Positions 57,900-64,000 of a stretch of DNA of 64,000 nucleotides are shown in pieces. Position numbers and translations under genes: made by a program. Under the pieces are notes generated by a model that searched no databases, had not been told where the DNA came from, and was given only the letters and a program-made list of their open reading frames with translations. The stretch lies in the NCBI RefSeq assembly GCF_009914755.1, contig NC_060937.1. One strand, 5' to 3'. Numbering within the stretch: the stretch's first letter is position 1; every line of letters starts with the position of its first letter. Origin of the DNA: the human T2T-CHM13v2.0 reference genome, Homo sapiens.

Positions 57900-60560
57900 A
57901 GATTGAAAGACAGCTATAGATTATGGAGAGAAAAGTCCACTACTACAAGAATCCAATATCCAGCTAAGATAAAATTTACCTGTTTGGCTGGTAGTTTATA
58001 GAATAAAGGTATTGCAGATATTCAGTGATTCAGAGAGGAATTGATTGAATTCCATGATTCATAGGCTGAGGAATACATTATCATCTGTCTACCTCATGAG
58101 GAATAATTGCTTGAGAATGAACTCTAACAATATTATAATGGATCAGAGGCCTCAAGATAGGGGAAGAAGGAGGAGGAGAGAGTAAACAGGGGTGAATAAG
58201 ACTTGAAATATCTTTATATCTCTGTATCTGCCTGTCATCTATCTCCATCTATACCTAAATGGATAATAATAGGGGGAAAGGAATAGCTATTATTTTAATG
58301 CCAAGTAATGGTTAATGAAAATTATAGGATGTCAAAGGAAAACTTAATAATCTAGAGCTAAATGTACTATACTTTTTAAGCAAAATATGCGAGTTGTGTA
58401 GTGAGTTCAAGGACAATCCACAAAGTGTCAGTGGTGCCCAGCAAGATTTATTTGGTGACAGTCTGACAGGTTTGTATGCAAGGGAAAGTCCCTCACAGCA
58501 TGAGACCTTCTCGAGACCATGGTGCAACACACCACCCAGAAGGGGATGAGGGCAAGAGGATTCCTGGGGGAGAGGAGGATTCTGCGTCTAGGGGGCATCA
58601 CTCAGAAGCACAGCAGAGAGTCTCTAGGTCAGAGAACTCCATGGGAAGCAATGGTTTGGGGTCTTTTATGGCACCAGGGTTTATCTTATTTACGGCTAGT
58701 AGATGTTGGGTGAAGTTTCATAGGTTGTGCATAACAGGCAGTCTCTAAATGGCTAAAAACTACATATATGGGCTGCATTTAGTATAATTTCATATGTAAA
58801 AAAATCTGAATTTGGCATTGGCAGGCTTCTGAGCCAACAATACCAATCTGCTCTGCAGATAACAACATAGGACCAATATAGAGGGACCTTCTTTGGCTCA
58901 GTTATATAACAAGTTGATAATAGAGAGCAGATAGCAGATGCTCTAAATGTCTAATTTAGGCAAGACTGCATGGGACGTAAGAGTATTATAAAGGTTGTAT
59001 CTTATGGTAATGGGATTTAGGAAGCAGGCAGGGAATATATTGTCCTAAGAGATAAGAAAATCACACTTTTTAATAATTGAGAAATATTTAATTACAAGTG
59101 GTAGTAAAGGGAGAATAAAACAGAATGAAAAAGTAGAGTGGAATTTCCAAACCAACGAAGAGCAAGCAAATGAGCAAGAAAGAGTGAACGATTAGCAGTT
59201 TGACCAGATCAGCAAAACACTGGAACAGGAATAAAAAGAATGTAAATTTCAAAAGGAAACATAAGCCAACTAAATAAAAGGAGTTCTACCAATTGCTATA
59301 CTAAATGTGAACAGGCTGAATTCAGAATGTATGGAGAGCTAGACTGTCAAAAATCTACCCCTATTGTATTCTATTTATGAGAAGCCCAAGAGTGGTGATA
59401 TTATCAGACAAAATGGTCAAAAGCACTTACCAACATGTAGAGAGACATTGTGTAATAACAAAATACCTACTTTTCAAAGAAAATATAGTATCACAAGTGT
59501 GAATACACCAAACAGCATAGCTGCCAAAAACACATTGAAAGAACTATTAAACCTCCAAGGACAACTTGATAGAAAATATAGTTATAGTGGGAGATATTCA
59601 TATGTTTATTCTGAAATCAGATCTAATAGAAGAAATAATTGAAGACATAGAAGATTCAGATTATATCAATGAAAATCATATAAAATCTATGTATAGAAAT
59701 GTGTACTTTAAAGTAGAACATATTTTATATATCTATAAAAATTAATCAACCATATGCTTGACTATAGGAACACTGCTAAAAATAGAAATTTTGCATTTTA
59801 CAACTTACATGTTTTATCATAATAAAATAAAGTTAGTAATAAATGAGGAGACCTAACCTCCTCAACTATTGGAAATTAAAAATCACACTAAGTTAATTAT
59901 GGATCAAAACAGAAATGCTAAATTACTAGCTATTTTTAGAAACAGGTATTATAAATTACAAACTATTATGAATACATTTGTAAAGCAGAATACTTTATAT
60001 AACCAAATAAGCTCAATAAAAGCTCTACTCTGAGGAACAATTTCAGTCAATGACCCAAGAAAGGAATTTTTTCTTTTTTAAAAAAAATTAGAAGAAAATC
60101 AACAAAAACAAAAAATGAAGTAGATAAGGAGAAACACTGACCTCAAGTCATGCAATAAAAGTGAAATAGAAAGGATTAAAAAAGTAAAACTATTTTTCTT
60201 TGTGTATTCAAGAAAATCAATAAGAACCCTGTTGAAGCAAAGAAAAAAGGGAGGGAACAACCCTACACATGCTAAGGAATGAGAAAGGGCATAAAACTAC
60301 ATAGGCCAAAGAGATTGATGACATAAGGAAACACTACATGCAACATAAAAAAAAAAAATCAATAACACTCCTACAAGAAGATTTAGGCTACTATATATGC
60401 ATAGCACAGGAGTTAAGAAGACCTGATTAATCAAGACAGGAAACTTGGAAGATGTTAAAGAAAAGCTAGACATATTTTAATGTAAAATAATTAACACTGT
60501 TTTACAAAAATATTGTAAATGAAGTCAAAGGAAGAATGATAGATTTGTATAACTTTTGTC
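57900..60560 (+). mobile_element. Very old L1 (L1M-like) ORF1/ORF2 fragments, split by an LTR
   Basis: agaatccaatatccagctaag translates to RIQYPAK (ORF1 RILYPAK motif); ctaaatgtgaacagg and atagtgggagat resemble the endonuclease LNVNG and IVGD motifs. Confidence 0.6.
58397..58911 (-). mobile_element. Solo LTR, family unassigned
   Basis: TG...CA ends, perfect 5-bp TSD agttg at 58392 and 58912, reverse AATAAA near 58447. Confidence 0.75.
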
Positions 60561-61419
60561 TTTCTTTATTGAGCATGGAGAAGGCATGGAAGGATATATA
60601 TCCTAGGCTATTATCTCTAGTCATTTAGTCGTGCGGAAAAAGTGTTTGAGTAGAGAGAGTGGAAGAAGGGAGATGGGTAGAGAAAAATGAAGTAAACAGA
60701 CTTAATATCTAAAGGCTATGGGTATAATTTAAAATTTACACAGCCTTCACAATAAAGTCCTTGAAACAAGCAAGTGCCTTATTTGGTAGAACAAGCCTAG
60801 TGTGAAAAAGACTTCTAAAGTATCTAACACTTAATCAGAACTACGTCTTTAACCACGTTATTTAGGGAGAATGAATTGGAGAAACTTATCAAAACCCACT
60901 GTACATCCTTTATATATAGATAAATATAATACATAGAGTTTTCATTGAAAATAGTAACATATTGATAAGTTCAGAAGAAGTGCCTTATGTGGTATGTGAA
61001 CTTAAATATTCGTTTTCCTCACCTTCAAATGTCAATTTTACTCTCCATGAATCTATTATCTTATCCAATTTTAAGCAGATATTTAGTCTTTCAATTTCAC
61101 TGATGGCATATTTTTGAAGTGATAATGGCCTCATTAACTGCTTAAGGCCCTACTAAAACAATGTATTTTACTCTAAAACAATATCTGGTTTTCTAAGAAG
61201 CAATAACTGGTTTCCTAAGAAAAATTATTATGATGACTGTTTTTCTTTTTTACCTAAAATCTTAGAATAGAAAAGAACTCTAACTTGTCTTTGTGAAAAG
61301 GAGTCTTTTGAAATTCTATACTTCAAGGTTACTAGCATGGAGAGACATTTGTTACACTGAACACAAATCAATATCATATATCAGCTTGACATATAAAGTC
61401 AATAACATATTTCTAAAAT

Positions 61420-61620
61420 AGAGGCACTATTTATTGGTAGAAGCACAGAAAACCTGGCCTGGTCCTTGCTCAGGCATGTACTGACCATGGGAGTCTAGGA
61501 CATGATATGGAATTTCTCTGAATCTCAGTTTATAACAGTATTATCCAGGCCTACCTGCCTAGAGGGTTTCTTGTGAAGGTCAAATGGCTACCCTGTATAA
61601 AAGGTCTTTGTAACAAGCAA
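61420..61620 (+). mobile_element. MIR fragment
   Basis: aatttctctgaatctcagttt...cctacctgcctagagggtttcttgtgaaggtcaaatg. Confidence 0.6.
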
Positions 61621-61769
61621 GAACTCTCTATGCACGCAGGAAGATATATTATGGGAGCCCCATGTTCTTCTGAAGTCCTGCCTTTGCCCTGTCCAGTTGC
61701 TCTGGCGGTCGATATCACATGAAGTTACATTCTAAAATAATGTTTTTAGACATAGTGATTGAGGAGCTT

Positions 61770-62234
61770 ATTTTATTTTATTTTTTTATTTGTTTATATA
61801 TATATTTATTATACTTTAAGTTCTAGGGTACATGTGCACTACGTGCAGGTTTGTTACATATGTAAACATGTGACACGTTGGTGTGCTGCACCCATTAACT
61901 CGTCATTTACATTAGGTATATCTCCTAATGCTATCCCTCCCCATTCCCCCAACCCCACAACAGGCCCTCATGTGTGATGTTCCCCTTCCTGTGTCCAGGT
62001 GTTCTCATTGTTAAATTCCTACCTATGAGTGAGAACATGCGGTGTTTGGTTTTTTGTCCTTGCGATAGTCTGCTCAGAATGATGGTTTCCAGCTTCATCC
62101 ATGTCCCTACAAAGGACATGAACTCATCATTTTTTATGGCTGCATAGTATTCCATGATGTATGTGAGAAATGGTATCACTTTTACACTGTTGGTGGGACT
62201 GTAAACTAGTTCAACCATTGTGGAAGACAGTGTG
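61770..62234 (-). mobile_element. Short L1PA (about L1PA4-5) insertion with 5' inversion
   Basis: Minus-strand L1 3' end at 61770-62165, then a plus-strand L1 piece at 62165-62234; TSD tgaggagctt at 61760 and 62233. Confidence 0.93.
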
Positions 62235-63262
62235 AGGAGCTTTTTTCTTTGAGGAAGAATTTGCTTAAATTTTTCTTTTACACCTTAGATTGTAATTGTC
62301 ACTCTCCAGACATATCTATTAGGAATAGGAAAAGATTTCTCAGTAGTACAGACTCTAAATCTCTATAGATGGTGTTTGAATAATAATAAAAAGGATTATT
62401 TGATTCTTGTCCTTGGCCTGAAAAAATGACACACTGGGGAGATCTCTAATTGGGTTGAATCTTGAAACAGGTACTTGAAATATAAAATAAAGTTTGTCTA
62501 CTTGGACTCATTGAAGTTTTGTAAGATGTGATTTCATAAAATGACCAAGGACACAATTTTCCTGTAGCATTTTGATGCCTGTAGCCTTCTGGAGGAAATG
62601 ATGTAAAACTGTAATAACATATTATGTTCCTCCTAATAGTATTCTTCAATATCAATGTATTACATAATTCTAAGTAATTAGAACAAGTAAATGTTTACCA
62701 CTATTAGGGAAATTGAGTTTATCTCTATATAAGGGAAACTGTTTGTTCCCAACACTCTTGAACATTATGTCTTTGGACTCTTTTATTAAGTATAATTTAC
62801 AAAATTTTAATAAATCTAAATAAAATCAATTTTGTGTGTTTTTCTATGATCTGCAAGAGACCATATTAATAGATAGGGCAACTTTATTTTGATGCATGAA
62901 GTTAACTATTTGTTTTGGTGTTAATGTTACCTTACAGTATCTACGACTATGTATCAGCATTCTGAACTTTGCCATAACGTGATCTGATTATATAATGTAG
63001 GTTATTAAAATTTTTTAGCCTATTTAAGTGCTTTGTCCTAGTTATAGCTTTTTTTTCCATTAAGTTATCACAATAGTTTATAATAATTACTATTACTGCT
63101 TTACTGCTAATAATAATATATGAAAGAATGACATTAAATGCAGTTATAATTAGTTTCAAGTGAAGAGCAGTGTAGACTATTTCAAGTGTCATAACTCATG
63201 TGTTATTTCAGGTAGATCATACATATCATGTAGCTATGTTTAACCGTAGCTACCTATCATTT

Positions 63263-63269
63263 GTATCTA

Positions 63270-63308
<39 letters not shown>

Positions 63309-63335
63309 CTCTATCTGTCATCTATCAATCATTTA
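63263..63335. repeat. (TCTG)n/(TCTA)n tetranucleotide repeat
   Basis: Direct reading. Confidence 0.9.
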
Positions 63336-63374
63336 TCAGTTGAAGTAAAATAATAAGTAATTTTAATTGGAAAA

Positions 63375-63530
63375 TAGCATGGTATGTGAAACAATATGGG
63401 CTTTGAATTCAGACAGTACTTGATATCACCCCTGGCTCTACCTCTTTGCAGTTTTATGATAACTTTTAAGCAGCTGAATTTCTCTGTCTCAGTTGCTTTA
63501 TCAATAAATAACAGTAAGATAATAACTAAG
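63375..63530 (+). mobile_element. MIR fragment
   Basis: gggctttgaattcagacag...cctggctctacc...aatttctctgtctcagtt. Confidence 0.7.
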
Positions 63531-63559
63531 TCCATTTCTTTTCATTTCTGTGAGTAGTG

Positions 63560-63716
63560 TTGTCTTCTCAGTGCTTGTCAAATGTGAATGTGCATATCAG
63601 TTCCATGGGGATCTTGTTCTAATGCAGATTCTGATTCAGTAGGTCTGAGAAGGGGGCTCAAGATTCTGCATTTCTAATAAGCAGCTAGTCCACCTGACAC
63701 AGTTTAAGTAGCAGTG
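63560..63716. mobile_element. MER5-like hAT-Charlie DNA transposon fossil
   Basis: gatcttgttctaatgcagattctgattcagtaggtctg...agattctgcatttctaataagc. Confidence 0.85.
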
Positions 63717-64000
63717 TTGAAATATACACTGGGATGCAGAGAGTTAGATGATGGGCTCAAGTGCATTTCTAGCATCTAAAGTGGAGATAATGACATATCT
63801 TTTGGAGAGTTATTGTGGCAATTACAGATAATAGATACGTAAAATGATTTCTCTGGCTTCTGCCACATGGAAGGAGCTCAGGAGGCATCATGATTGTGAT
63901 TATCTTTTTAAGTATTATCTATGTGTTAATAAATTATTTCTGGTTCACACTGAAGCAGGTCCTAGCTGGGAGTACGACAGGAATTATTTTGTCCAGCCAC

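Overview
Primate, almost certainly human, AT-rich non-coding DNA (intronic or intergenic). Evidence for species: an AluYg6-type element and an L1PA2-type element. I cannot support any host protein-coding exon. The ORF track is explained by Alu, LTR and microsatellite artefacts plus a broken L1 ORF2. The window is a mosaic of Alus, MaLR/ERVL solo LTRs, L1/L2/MIR and hAT/Tigger fossils, and one Y4 RNA retropseudogene. I found no evidence of a new multi-gene biological system. The most interesting signals are mechanistic records readable directly in the sequence. (1) A 5'-truncated L1PA2 whose 18-bp target-site duplication (TSD) encloses about 240 bp of extra non-L1 DNA, i.e. a 3' transduction. 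(2) A two-piece inverted templated copy of nearby DNA preceded by a fold-back scar (32.2-33.8 kb). (3) An old local duplication in which one copy holds a THE1 LTR and the other keeps the empty site. (4) A twin-primed, 5'-inverted L1. (5) A fossil RTE-clade LINE recognisable only by translation. Subfamily names come from remembered consensus sequences and coordinates were counted by eye, so both need RepeatMasker/Dfam confirmation.
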